A model generated the notes under the pieces. It worked only from the letters and a program-made list of their open reading frames with translations. It searched no databases and was not told the origin of the DNA. Both the position numbers and the translations under genes were made by a program. Positions 25,820 to 40,112 of a stretch of 64,000 bases of DNA are shown here, piece after piece; within the stretch, counting starts at the first letter, position 1, and every line of letters starts with the position of its first letter. Where the stretch lies: NCBI RefSeq assembly GCF_000485595.1, contig NW_014577074.1, positions 801,902 through 865,901 on the forward strand, in the 5' to 3' direction. Origin of the DNA: Priapulus caudatus (Eukaryota).

Positions 25820-28800
25820 TTACTGAACAATGCAGGTCTCTGAAGTAACAGTGGCAGCAGATCTTGTGTCACTGCTGTTGGTGCTGGCTTTACGTGACAG
25901 ACTCGACCGTACCTTGCCAGCAGCTCCGCTGCCGCTGCCTAATATCTTTTTGATCTCTGCAAGCTGCAGAATAACAGAAATCTAGTTCACGTTGATCATA
26001 TAACTTACTGTTCGCCCCATCTAGATTATAAAATGCATACACAGGAATTTTTTAGACCTATCTAAACTTGTTAGGTTAGACTACTGAGTGTCTATGGCAT
26101 ACCATTAAAACATCAGCAGTTTTCTATTAATAGGCATTAATCCCGAATAACTTGAAAACCTCCCAGAAATCACTTTTCAGTGACAATATTGAAAAGAATA
26201 CGAATATTGTACATTAATAACTATAAGGTGTATAATAATTATATGGCTTGGCATACCCCGCTTACTATAGGAAGAAGACAAGAAGAAGTGTAACCTAGTT
26301 AATACATAGGTGTTAAATAAAATGCTCAGCTTACTTCAACAACAGTAATGCCCTGCTGTGCTGCAACTTCTATCAAGCTCTGAATGTTTTGCTAGAAAAA
26401 ATACATTTTCAGAAATCAATTTGCAAGACATTTTTTTATGGCAGATGTAACAATGAAGCAATATGTTAGAGTGAAAACAATACTAATTAGTGCTGGATAT
26501 GGGACCCAATGTTATTGACTGAGAAAGTTTAATAAATTATGGTTGAGCCTACTGTAATGAGCAAATTCACCACATCATTGCTTCCCAAAGAAGCAGAAAT
26601 GAAGATTTTCGTTCTTTAAAGGAGTGCAATTTATTTAGTAACTGACCAATTTTCCTTCTGCCTGCTCTGCTCGTCTTCGGTACATGGCTAGTTGAACTGA
26701 ACGTGTTTGCAGTTCTTCATCCTACCGAGATAAAAGCATACACTTAAAATCGTAGCCTGTATTTACCATGAAACTTCATAACTCATGAGGTGAGCGCGTT
26801 AGGTTAGACTGCACCGGGAAAATTATACATACACTGGAGTACACGAAAAATACTTCGCATGAATTAACATGTCCACCATTCTGTTAGTAGTTATCATGCA
26901 TCTAACTCCAACAGTAAAAGTGGACTTTATAACATTTGTACCAAAATACTGACTCACAGCAATAGGCTAGAAGAGGTGACGAGCCCACACGACACATTAA
27001 AGACTGACATCCTAAATTATCTGCCAGCAGTGTGCAAACTTTTTTAACAACATCGAATGCTTCATTTCTACTGTCATTCTCCCCATAATGGACTTAGCCC
27101 TGCACAAGATGATGAGAACTAAGGTAATTTAACTAAGGTACATGACAGGGCTCCCTCTGGATGTTTTATAGTTTGAGCCAAGACTTGAGACCCCAAAGTT
27201 ATTTCTTAGCCACCAATAAAAGTTATAGACACTGTTTGCTTTATCATATATGCTAATCAAGGCACAAACAGGTGATGGGTATGGAAAAAGAGATGTACGA
27301 AGACATTTTTAATAGTAATCAAGTAAATATCAAATAATATAGTCTAGTCTACACAACACTAGGTTGTTTTATTTGAAGGCAAGTTTAAAATATGACTGGG
27401 TTACGGAATTTGTTAGTACTTACACGACACTGCAACTAGACGATTTTATAATATTCAACTGTAATTTTGTAAGCAGTTAAATCATTCGCTAATTGTATTT
27501 GCCCCTTCATGTAGTAAAATCACCACTGTTATTTATTTATCGCATTTTGTGAAAGTGACGAAGGGCAGCGGTAGCCCTGCATTATGTATCTATTATGTAT
27601 GTAGGGTACTACACTTTCACCTGTATGACACCATTCAGACTTGCGACGCTGCTGCTGCTGCTTCTGGCACTGCTTATCATCGACGAAGTGGACGGAGGTG
27701 TGTTCATCGTGCTACTCCAGTCCTCCTGCTTACCCCATACCTCAATGATCATTGCAGAGTTGATAAGATAGGTGAGAAACTGAAAAACCATGTCGAAAAT
27801 CAGCTATGGCTGTGAAGAGGTATATTTATCAGGGGCAAATATCATAGGTGTGGTTCCTAATGAGCGATCTCGATCCAGGCGACTATGGAAGGAGCAAAGA
27901 CGAATGAGAGCAATGAAAGGACGGCAGTGTCAAGACAGCTAGATTAGATTATGCGGTATCAGAGAATTGCTTTTCGTGATAACCTACTCCGTGAGATAGA
28001 ACAGAACAGAATTTGCCCAATTACTTCTGAAATTTTTGGTTACAGTATCATGCCAGCACTGCTTCATTATATGGAGGCGACACCTTTACATACAGTCCCA
28101 ACCAGCAGCACAAATTTTGCACGTCTCTACGTACATATCTTGCACGTACCTGCTTTGTGACAGGATTGAAGCTCAGCAGCTTCTCGTGGTTGATCGCCTG
28201 TGATGACTGAGATACCCGGTACGATTCCTCGGTTACTACTGGTACCTCATCCAGGTAGAATTTATACTTACAGAAACACTGTGAGAAGCAAGCAAACACT
28301 TTCACATGTGTGCACATCAACATGGCCTGGACTAATTATGATGCCTTTATCATTCATTGAAGAAACAAAGCTGACACCAGTACAAAATAAATGTAAACAA
28401 ATACTCATTACGGTTTCTAACTCATTCCGTTTAACTTAAGTAAATGTCTTTACTTAAGTATTTTGATTGGTTAAACCTAATATGCTCAGGTATAGCTAAG
28501 CAGCACAGTTATACAATTAAGATACAACGTATCGACCACGTATCAATCTCACCCTGACTATTTTAGCAGGAAGCGTGGTAACCATTAGAATCTTTATTTT
28601 GAACGTAAGTTCGTGACCTATGAGGTCCTGTGGATTCTCCAGGAAGTTGTCTTTAGTTTCACACCCGTTTTCATCGCAGGGAATCAGAACAACATGTAAT
28701 AGGCCTTGTTCGTTACCTGTTCAAAGCAAAACATTACTAAACCAACCTTTTAGTCATTCAGTAAACAAGAATGTAGTTACTTGAACAAGAAGTAACTGAA

Positions 28801-31800
28801 AAGTATGAAAATGGTATGGTAAATAGGTTTTGGTTACAATGATAATGACATGCAGTCAAACCTTTGAAATCGGTGATAGCCAGTGTTTCATCTAGCTCAA
28901 TGACATATGCCAGAGACTGCAGATAGACATGGACCGTGCCTATAGGTACCTCTGTATCACTACCTTCCCAAAATGGATCTGTTTCCTACAAGGAAACAAA
29001 ACTACAATGACGAAAAACTGTAGTCAATATAGAAAACTAAAGTAGATTTGTTACTAGTAGGTAAAATACTATTAATTTGAAGGCCACACAATTTTCTTTA
29101 GCAAACATTACAAAACTATCAAGCTCATATAATCTCGTAATTTGCATTAAAATTTAATTCGTAGCTGAACTTTGGAGTTTTCGACGTGTAATGTACCTTG
29201 CTCGTAGAATCCCAGTCGGGTTGACCCTCCATGTACTGTTGGTACATCGCCTGCATCAGATACATCCTGTTGGTAAACTTGCTTGTGCTCCAGACCCACT
29301 CATGACCTGAGCTCTTGTTTTTCATTTTCACACACACCTATGTAAGTGTAATGTGTGAGACCGATATTCTAACCATTATTATAGGGCAGGTCAATGTAAA
29401 TATTTATGTTCTACCCATGCTATCCCTTTGCAAGAACTGGTTCGTAATTAAATTGATTTAAAAAGTGTTCATGCACACTACTTTACAATTACTGCTTACA
29501 TATGTCCTGCCTTCCTTCAATCCTCGAGCCTGTGGTGCCACCAGCACTATCTCAAACTGAACTTTTCTGCCCAACTCCTGTGATATAGCATTAGCCTGGT
29601 TCATGTGAGGTAGTATCTGTATGAGTTCTTCTTCCAGAAGCAAGTCATCTGAAATTACCACTCATATTAACTCTGCCCGTAGATGCAAGTCGGAATACAG
29701 ACAAAACTGTGTACCTATGCACCCTCCACAACATTTCTGAACTCGGGGTGGACCAAAATCACTTGATAAAGGTTATAATTTCCGGGAAAGTTATTCAAAA
29801 TAAATGTAAGATGAAGAAACTGTAGCCTAAGCATTAGAGTAAAATTTAAGAAATTCAGGGAAAGCATATCTGGAAACAATCATGTTAGATAGGCCACTCT
29901 GAAACAAATACATGAAAGTTAAGCAGCGACTGCGTAATTAGATGTGTAGTTAGTTTATTTGGCATTTCACATCATTTCGATGGTAGAGACCTTGCGTTTT
30001 ATTTCTTCCATCATTGCCTGTCAGACCAATGAGGCCCATGCGCTCTGCTATCTCCTGCTGGGCAGTATCATAAGTTGGCTGTTCCACCAGCAGTCCCTCT
30101 CGCAGCTGCTTCGCAAGATCCTGGGGGTTGTGCAACACGTACAGATGATTGTGTCCAAACAGTACCCTGAAAAATAGACATGGGTTTCATGTTTTTAAGT
30201 TGCAGTGGTTAAGGACGTAGAGATGATTGTGTCCAAACAGTACCCTGGAAAATAGACATGGGTTTCATGTTTTTAAGTTGTTAAGGATTCTCGTGCGTAA
30301 TGGTTTTGTGATTCACCTGTAATTGTGATGTACCTGCTGCTGGGGTTCACTTATCATTATGACATACCTGTCATGGTAATGAACACCATGGGCATAGTGA
30401 GATACTTAACTTTTTGTTATAACTGTCATTGTGACATGCCCGTCATTGTGACGTGCGTGTCATTGTGACATGCCCGTCATTGTGAAATATGCATCATATT
30501 TATATACTTGTGATCATGACATACCTGTCATTGAGAGGTACCTGTTTATTATGAAATACCTGTCATTGTGACGTAACACCTTGCTGGCTTTGATCTCAGA
30601 TCCATTCACAAGCACACGTGCACCGGTGCTGGGCACAACAGTAACCACGTTGCCCTCTTTTAGAATCACAGCATGATCTGGCAGTATGCTGCAAGATAAT
30701 GGCATTTTGCACATATGTGATTGTCCACTGCGTTGAACTGATGTTAACATACCGGTTATACATTCGATTAGAGACATCTGCTAGCTTAGTGGAGTTAAAA
30801 CTCCACTGAATTTTTGACTTCATCAAATGGTTACGCAGCCATAAATACAAAATGTAGACAATTGTTGCAGCAATCGACCGTGCATATCGATTTCGTGGAC
30901 TCAGTGCAAGAGAGTCCTCTCTGTACCATCAGGGCACTACAAGTAGATTACCTAAGGCCACTCAAAACTATATCGGGCTTTATCTTGACCTTCTTTGTGC
31001 CAACCCTGGACTTGCCATCCATGGCGAAGTGCACAATCATGCCAGTCAGAGCCGGGTCCTCGTGAAGGTTCCACAGGTGGGGTATGGTCTTCTTCTTTAG
31101 TTCCTCCTTCCTTTCCATCTCCAGCTTTCTCTGGTGATTGGAGAGATTTCAGTTACAAGGGGCATGGCTACACACTGAATGTTTCTAGTGTGATGCACAC
31201 TGTGCAAAATTTTATATGCAATATAGATACTTCTGCATGCAATATAGACTATATAGTATATTATTTCTATAGTTGGATGAAACAGATAACTTTTTTTAAT
31301 ATGGTTGTTGTTAACATTGAATGGGCTCTCAAAAAGTTAGTGATATTTGCAGTGTGTACTGAAATGTACTGTAATGTGTAGCATACCATGTATAGCATGC
31401 AACATGGTCTGTGTAAAATTTAGCATAGTGTGTATTATGCTTTACTGGCGAATTTGGAACACAAGTACATAGCGCAGTTCCAAGATGCTTAGCATAAGGT
31501 AGTGTGCACTCTGGCAGATGTCAACAAATGTGTAGTAGTCAACAAGCACGAACCTGGTTATGAACTTGAACGTCCTGCAAACGCTGTTGCCAAGACTTGT
31601 TCATCTGTTCCATCTCTTTCTGGTTCTTCTTCAGTTGCTCCTCTAATGCCCGCCTCATCTCCTCCTCATCTGCAATTCACAGTCACAGTTAACCAGTAGA
31701 TGCAACAGCGATCAACACCGAGTTCACACATTGCTAACTTGACCATGGTCACTACAAAGACAAGAATTTATTACTTCACCGATTGGATTGTGATTTGGAT

Positions 31801-34800
31801 TTCTGGTTAGACAGTTAGAGACATCAATGCTGACTGCTGCCAACACGTGTGCATACCACTGCCGGTGTTGGTAGGGGTGCCGTTTGCCTTCTCTAGCATC
31901 TGCCGCAACCTGTCATTCTCCTCCCTGAGAGCTCGAACCAATCTATCTGTAGAGCTCTCGTTCACGACAGCCTTCGTTTTAATGTTCTTTGCTCTGTTTG
32001 CTAGAAATGAATAGATACACTTGATACAAAACTCTGATGCCAGTTTGTGTGCGTGCGAGCGTGCATGCATGCGTGGGTGCGTGTGTGCGCAACTATATTC
32101 CTGGCTGATTATGACCCTACTGTAGGCGACAAGTACATTTACACTAGTTAACATCTGAAATGAAGATGATATTAACAAGTAATTGCCATCAATAATCTAG
32201 TAATATCTAACTTACCAAATCGCAATGTTGATAAAGTTTCCTCATAATGAATGTCAGCTGGGCTAATGGTAGCTATCATTGCTGTCTTGCTGTTGCCTCC
32301 AAGTGCATTTTTTAGCAGTTTTGTCAATACTGAATCTCTGTATGGCACTGATATAAAAAAACACAATTTGGATGTACAACCACAAATGCTAATAGTAGAT
32401 GTACAAGGGTTAATAACAGCCAAAAATTTAGATTCTTAAATTTTTCCTACAAAGAATAACTGTACTAACTATAACTGATGTAATTGCTTTTTTGCAGGCT
32501 TGTCAAAAATCAGTCCTGTTGATTCTATTCCAAACGCTTACACTTACCACTGACCTTGTCCAATATTAAATTAATGATAGCCATATCTTGCCTTTATACG
32601 ATTACTGTTGTGACGAATACTTAATAACAACAAATTAATGCCATATTTTGATGCTAATCACCAAATACTGATGGTAAAATACCTAGTATGTTCTGCTTGC
32701 CCTTGTTGATGTCTGCCAGACACTTGATTACATTACCCAGGGTGCTGAGTGACTGATTGATTATGGAGCCTTCCTTCAACCTATCACCCGATGTTCCTGA
32801 CACATCTGACCTCTCACTGAAAGACACAATGCTCAGAGGGTAAATGTCGGTGTGCCATTCTTATTACAAAGGACACATCACCACTACAAATGTAATATAA
32901 TAACTCCGAAGTTGTACACATTTTAAAAGCTGCTATCTGCTAGAACGTCGAGCGAAATTTATACAGACCTGCCAGCAAGATCGACCAGGTTAAGGCTTGC
33001 CATTTTTGTAGTATACTCTCCAGCACTGTTTCTCCCTCTCTGGTTAACATAGATTGTAACTATTGTATGAGCGCGACTGAAAAACAAGTACAAACCCTCT
33101 GAAAGTCAATGGCATATCATAGGATATCCCCATGGTAATATGATAATGAATGTATGGAGTACATCAGCCTCTCTTCTTGAAATCAACATAGAGAATGTGT
33201 TGTTTTGTAAACAACACTGATGACTAATGTCACCATCTTATTCTTCGTAGCATGCACGTGCAAATCAAACCTGCTAGTGGCGTTCAAGTTCGTGGCTGCC
33301 ATTGTCCTATTCCTAGTTCCCTCAGCAATCCGAGACTCGATATCACCATACGTATAGACTGGGTGGGTGGTCAGGGACTCGACTGTAATGAAATTACAAC
33401 CGGGGATATAATTTATAAATATGCTGGTTAAACATTGCAGTTTATACAGATTGCTAGTACTGCATTTAAAATTTTTCAATTGTTTACTATTTCGTGTCCA
33501 CTGGGGAATGGTATTATACTCCAGTTTTGTCCTGTGGATGCCTATTTTTATTACCGCTTTGATACCAAGTACAGATGCCATGAAATAGTAGCCTAAGTGA
33601 AGCAATTTATATCTCACTATAATAACAATATGCATTGTCACTATTGTTGACACATGGACAGACCCATAGACAAAGGAATCATCATTGCGATTCACAAATC
33701 TCCATAACAGAGCAGCTAAAACCTCATGTATAAATAAAATTTTTACTACTAATAGTAATACTATAATAATTAGGGAGCAGTGGTGGTCTAGTTTATAGCG
33801 CACTAGACTTTGGCCTAAAAGGTCTGGGGTTCAAGTTCCAGTCCGGTTCCACAGTGACCACAGCGAGGAAGGCACTTTATCCAAATTGGTTTTAGTCAAT
33901 ATCTGCTGTATCTAACCAGCATAACAGCAAGCAAAAGATGAAGCCTGTTAGAGAAACCACAGCAAACCAGTTGCTGAGGACCTATGCTCCATGATTGGAG
34001 CCAAGGACATAAAAAATAGCACTACCAAAGCATATCTTAAAATCTTCACAGTACATTTAGAATAATAGATAATTTTGGTGGTAATTTTATTTAAAAATAT
34101 ATGCATAATAAACAAGTCTGAAAATTACTAGCAAACCATTAATCTGGATTCTATTTCATATGCTATGCATTTAAACTCATTATATTTACCAATTTTATAC
34201 TTGCAATTGTTAACTGCTAATAATTCTAATTTTTAGCATAAACAACAAACATTGTGACTATGGTAGCATGTTAATAATGTAACTTACACACGCACAAACA
34301 TGAACGATAATTACCATCAGCTTATTATTGATTATTAGTCCTTTTAATTAGTGTAGTCTAAAAATAACTCTACTCGTTGATCTATGCCTCTCTTGCAGTA
34401 TCAGCGGCTTGGTTAAGGATGTATATTGATCTCATACATTTAGACTGGCAACAGTGTGATCGCAAGCCATTGGCTAGATGTGTATTTCTGTACAAGCGCC
34501 TTATGAGAAGTCAGTTACTCTACACGCTGATGCTCTTTGTTCTTCAGGTTGCTAGGTGAAAGCTAAGCAGTAACCACTCATGTGGGAATGCTAACGCAGG
34601 CCTTATTGATGTGCAGGAACTCTACATTCCATTCAAAGCTGGCAATTACATGCTGAAAACACCTGCAATGAACTTTGAACACATGTTGCAGCATAAGCAA
34701 CATTTTCCGCTTATAACTGAATGATAAACTATATTCACTAATGGTAGCGTATGGTAGTAATGGAAATTGCCTGGAATTTCTTTATCAGTTTCGGTTCCAA

Positions 34801-37111
34801 CAAAGATGGATAATCGATAAAAACCAGATAATAAGTTAATTATCAAAGTACATACACAACCTGACATTATCTGTCCTATAACTAAGAGAGCTACCCTGAT
34901 TCTATAGTATTGTTTCATGCGTGTATTATGTCTTCTGCAAGCTATAAAGCTTCAGAATGAGAAGATATATGCTTAAAAGGCTTATTTCATCAATACCCCT
35001 ATAATTTAAATCAATTTACTATGATCTTTTTTTCAAAATGGCTTCAAGGGATGGAATACTACTATTCTATATTATTGTTAATTATTTAAAATTTATACAC
35101 ATAAGTATGTGAACCTCTGTTGTTATGACATATTTAACTATATTGTCAAAATTTGTTTAAGGATACTGTCAGAATAAATCCCTCATTTAATATTTTTGTA
35201 GTCAAGCTGGAATAACTAACAATGTAAATAATGTAGCATTACCAATGTTTTCAGAGTTGTTCTTACTTCAATACTCAATAGTATAACTATGATGACCGAT
35301 TATTTGTTTTCATAATTGATTACCTACTCAGTCGCCGTAAACGATCAACTTTCGATTGCAATCGATTATCAGGGCATCACTACCACATGGCACTACACCT
35401 CGTATCTATTGCTAGTATATCTATAATCTATAATCTATAATACTCTTACCATAAAACCCCTTTGTTGGATGCTGCCTGACTTTAAGTCCTCCCCTCAGTT
35501 GCAGATTCAAGTTCAAGAGATCACGTACTTGTTCATTGTAAATCTCCATCATGCTGACAGATACCTGTTCAACATATTTTATCTTGTTCACAGTTTGCAC
35601 AAATTTCACGAGATTAAGCCATATTAGTGGTAAAATTCTACAAGTTAAATTAAGTTCAACTGTACAGTCAAGCCTGAATATAAGAATCACTCAAGTAATA
35701 TGCCAAGTGTCCTATGAAGACAGGTGTCTAAAGAGGCACAGGTCTGACTATATGACCATTATTTTCACTGACTTCCAGCAGAGATGCCAGTTTTCACCAT
35801 CACTGGTTGCATTGCAACGGCATGCATGTTAAATAGCTACACAGACCTTTAGTCATCTTTAGCCTTATTTTTATACAAAGTCAGTTTATCAGGCAAACAT
35901 AATATTAGAGAGGTTTCACTTGATATATAGGTGCATAATTGTTACAATCTACCTGAAATTCCTGATCAGGTTTTGATGCCTTCCTCATCTCATCTATAGT
36001 TTTAAACAACTCTTCACACATGATTGGAATAATACCTATAGCAGGAAAATTGGCCGATTAGCTTTTCAAATCAAAAATTTGAAACATTTAACAATTTATA
36101 AGTAATACCCACTTATTAGTATATACTAAACAATCATTGATGTTGATAATTTAATAAATTTAAAAAATTATATTGGATTTCTTGTGGAAGTTTTGTATTC
36201 GAGTTTACTGATTGCTAAACAACCCTTTTTTAATCTAGATGTGTGTTACCTTTGTTTGCACCAAAGCCCATTATTGTGTAGCTTTTACCACTGCCAGTCT
36301 GTCCATATGCAAACAACGAACAATTATATCCTTTCGTAACATTAGTAAGCATTTCTTTCCCCAAGTCTTCAAACATTTGTTTCTGGAATGGAATTACATA
36401 TGAATGGTACATTTCAGGACTGGAAATTCACAAGGGCATCAACGGCAAATGCTGTATAACAGTATTTGCTCTCGCTTCTCGTAATTGCCACTGTAAATTG
36501 GCCAATATCCAAGACAATAAACCACCATGGCTGCCCTACGTGGTTTGTCCCCATACCCATCCCACAAATTCAATGCTGTGTGTGTATCTCTTTTGGTCTC
36601 GCATAAAAGTTTTGCTAACGGTAAGAGGCCTTGATAACAAATAAGACATAAACCACTCCCTTCAAGGGATAACCCTTCTTCGCATGAGATATTAGCCTTC
36701 ATCTCCCTCCAACTTGCTATGGTGACCTAAAATTTCTGATGACTATAAAGGTAACACTTGCCGTGTTCTCAAAAATTTAAATTCAACACCAAATTCTTTA
36801 TTAATTAGCTTGCATAGTTCAGCTAATAATGATGTGCATCATTTTTACAAAATAACCTAAGAGCCTACAGACAACATATAACATTATACATACGTAACAA
36901 CTACTAGTAATTTCATACTTGGTCTACATAGGATGGAGAATCTGGCTCAAGATATCCATCCGATCGTTGCCAAAAGCCGTCCACACTATTGTACGAGTAG
37001 TCGAATGTGTACTGCCTGGCTTCTCGCTTTGTATTAGCTGGGTCGTAAAGTATTGTAGTTTTGTCTATCACAGTGATTACGCATGTTGCATTTCTTAACT
37101 TTTCTCGTTCG
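25820..37111 (-). CDS. KIF28: Kinesin-3 family motor, KIF28/KLP-6-like (motor, coiled coil, FHA, C-terminal region); 5'-most exon not located
   Basis: GT-AG exons in consistent phase: 37111-36919, 36382-36250 ([14 protein letters not shown]-loop), 36035-35953, 35564-35450 ([12 protein letters not shown]), 33382-33271 (NATSSR), 33076-32969 (LVDLAG), 32816-32683 ([12 protein letters not shown]), 32347-32216 ([12 protein letters not shown]), 32000-31857, 31669-31554, 31130-30952 ([14 protein letters not shown]), 30688-30560 (FHA), 30166-29991, 29648-29500, 29337-29197, 28985-28862 (DPFWE), 28716-28553, 28278-28150, 27779-27621, 26721-26647, 26391-26335, 25963-25820 (ETCIVQ*). Confidence 0.88.
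30142..30280. repeat. Tandem ~80-bp duplication spanning a kinesin splice acceptor
   Basis: AGATGATTGTGTCCAAACAGTACCCTG.AAAATAGACATGGGTTTCATGTTTTTAAGTTG occurs twice. Confidence 0.85.
33772..33910 (+). mobile_element. tRNA-derived SINE (degenerate)
   Basis: GAGCAGTGGTGGTCTAGT A-box-like, GGGTTCAAGTTC B-box-like, then AAGGCACTTTAT core shared with 49040-49190 and 56795-56850. Confidence 0.55.
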
Positions 37112-37341
37112 CTGTAAGTTTTTTGTTAAGGAATATAATGCAATAAACTACATACGGTTAAAAATAAATAGTTTCTAATCAGAATTAAACACATGCACAG
37201 GACACAAATATTTAGATCTTACAAATACTAGAATCCCACGAGACATTTTAGTTAAGTAATACTTTCAATTCACATGGCTAACATACAGTGCCATAAAGCA
37301 AATTATACATACACACACGTGTGTGCGTGCGTGCATGTGTG

Positions 37342-37885
37342 TTAGGGGGGTAAAGATTCACCAATACATCAATTGCTGAATCGTGCGTGATACAGTGACC
37401 CACTATACGATAGTCGATGCGCAGCATCCGTATCGTGAATAAGGCAAGCTAAACTATTTGATTCTTTCTTCTACTTTATGAACTCCCTCTCAGTATCACG
37501 TAAATATCCGCGGCAGTTGCAGAAATCTGGGTAAATATACGTGGTGCGCTTGTATTGCGAGTGCCAATTGACTGGTGCGTGTTGCTACAGCGCACGTATC
37601 GTAGTCTCTTTTACTGTGTATGTCATACACGTGAGTGGATCTGTCAATCACAGGTCAGTCTAGAACCCACTAAGAACAGCTCAGTGTGTTTCTGCCATAG
37701 AAATATATATATATATATATATTATATAGTAACTGATTGTTTACCACATATTTTTATGACTTTGACATACTTATAATAATATGTTTGTATTATGAAAGTA
37801 TTGGAATACATATTTATATATACATTATCTTTCTATATGTGTATCGCAATATGTGTTGTATCGTGACTTTAGTGTATCGTTACAC
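37342..37885. mobile_element. Degenerate hAT-like MITE
   Basis: TAGGGGGGTAAAGAT... and ...GTATCGTTACAC ends with subterminal TATCG/CGATA motifs. Confidence 0.4.
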
Positions 37886-38095
37886 GGTGTCACATCTAGC
37901 ATGTGTGGGTGAATGAGTGAGGTGTCACCATGCACCAGGTGACATTTTCTCTCTCAAACTATGTGACCATCGTTACACAGCCGCAGAATTTAGGTGACCC
38001 AATCATGGTTTACTGACACCCTATCAATGGTAATACTAACGTGTGTTCATAGTGCCATGTCGCTATCTAATAAAAACATAATAAGTGCAATGCAT

Positions 38096-38661
38096 ATAGT
38101 TTGTCCAATATCACTGCTGGTTACATTACAAACAAGACTTGAAATCGGTTGTTGATATGTATCAACGTATCATTTACATGCCGTAAATGTCATCCAGGAG
38201 TCAAGCGATGACGTAAACATTTGTGCGGCCCATATGTTTTGGACGCCAGATGAAACGGAGGTGTCAGCGGTGTAACCACAGCCACGGACTAAACATGGAA
38301 ATAGAGTAAAACACACGTACTAATCACGGACGCACGTGGACAACCCTGACAAAAAGTTCCTTATCACGAGCGTCCATGTTTACGAAATCACTGATGATAG
38401 CATTGCGTATGGCCGAGCATACGTGCGAAAATGTCCAGTGCACTATAAATCTGTATCACACCCGCTTCGCCGGCAGCGGTTTGAAACTGCAAACAACAGA
38501 TTTTTGGACTGCGGATTAGACATTTCTTTGTAACCAGCAGTGATATTGGACAAACTAATACGTGTTTGGCTACAAAGTAATGTACTTATTAACTACACAA
38601 GGTGCCAGTTACTCTAGCATTCGTCAACATTGCATAATCAATGGACCTATTATTCCTTTAA
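38096..38661. mobile_element. Kolobok-like MITE (left end truncated)
   Basis: TAGTTTGTCCAATATCACTGCTGGTTAC is inverted at 38530; the right arm ends CCT-TTAA and matches the TIR at 54492-54631 and 58391. Confidence 0.6.
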
Positions 38662-39353
38662 ACGTTAGTTAGAGGTTTAATTTTAGTATTTGTAGTAACT
38701 TAAGACATTTCGGAGAAGAGGGCTTACTTGGCGTACCACAGGCCGCAGACGTTTATAACCGCAAAAAAAAACACTAAAAAGTTTTCCCTGAAAATAAACA
38801 TAGAACTTAAGGTAGTATCTCACTGGGCTGCGACTGTTGGCGACAAATTGCGAACGGCATTTGCGAGGAAGATTCCAAAATGTCTCGAAACGTCAGCCAG
38901 GGCGTTCTTCAATTTTCCTCGCGGCTGTGAGTCGCAGGGCCCTCGGCTCTCATGTCGCTGGAATTTTGAACATCGTTGAAAAATTTGTGCAAACAAATTT
39001 CTCTCTCAAACATAGTCACACGAGTCGTCGCGGGTGTCTTGAACGCCGGTCTCCACCTTCTCAAGCTTTAGCGTTCCGTGAGTCAGAAAGTGCCGAGTAA
39101 TGTGAGACACTTTGTGAGGGTCTTGGCGACCTATGAAAACTAATTGTGGGGTCCTCATCCAGGCAGCTTCTGCACTTCTCTTCTCTAGTCCCATCTCCGC
39201 TTGACGTCCTGATTGACAAAATTGATTGCTGGCACTGGGGAGAGGGCCCCGTATTTAAATGGGGTCCAGATTTCTCAAGTTGTCACCATAACTGGTGCGC
39301 GAATGTTGCACGACATTCTGCCGTGACAGTCACAAGTGCAAAAATTTGCTACG

Positions 39354-39482
39354 TGAGAGAGAGAGAAGACCTAGCAGGGTGTGTTGTGTGTGTGTGTGTG
39401 TATTGTGGTGTGTGCCTGTCTGTCCCGTTGTGGTGAGAGAGAGAGAGAGAGAGAGAGGAGAGAGCTGTGCGTGTGTGTGTAT
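39354..39482. repeat. (GA)n/(GT)n compound microsatellite
   Basis: Directly visible. Confidence 0.85.
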
Positions 39483-40112
39483 ACGGCATGTGACTAGGAT
39501 GGGCACGCAGTGCCATTATATTGCCTATATTTACGGCGTGTAGCAAGTCGCGCGATCACTGTGTGAGTGCGATCGTCTCCAGTTCGCGTTAGCTGGAGGC
39601 TAAGCCGACCGGTTCCGTGACGCGTAGCCACTGCGATTTACGTGTCATGTGTGCACGCAGCTAGCGTTGTCTTTTTGCCCGTCGGCCAGCGGTGTGACAG
39701 TGTTAGGCCGCAGACATGAGCATCTTGGACCGCATTTACAGGAACATGTCGACAATAATTAGCCCCGTGAACGAGAGAGAAAAACATTAAGACTTTGTAG
39801 TAAATATATTTCGTATTTATTTAGCATTATAGTTTATATTTTATTGAAACGCTCCAACTCAAGCTGCTGTGGACTTTGTCTGCTGTGACTGTGTCTCGTG
39901 AAACCACAGAGACCGAGATCTCCGATTACTAATTTATTAGTAATTATTAACAAAACAGTAACTAACCAATTACCCCTGAACGTGTAAGTACATGACATGG
40001 CCTGCATAACTACAATTTTAAACTAGATCAACTTAGAGTCTGCATTTTATTTACAAAGGATATGAAGGGCCTAAACTCTAACAGCAACTTTTACGTTCTC
40101 CTCCATGATGTA

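Noticed and set aside
38321..38377. Minus-strand MDARDKELFVRVVHVRP* as kinesin exon 1
   Set aside because: Has an in-frame stop, the wrong splice phase, and lies inside a Kolobok-like MITE; likely coincidence.
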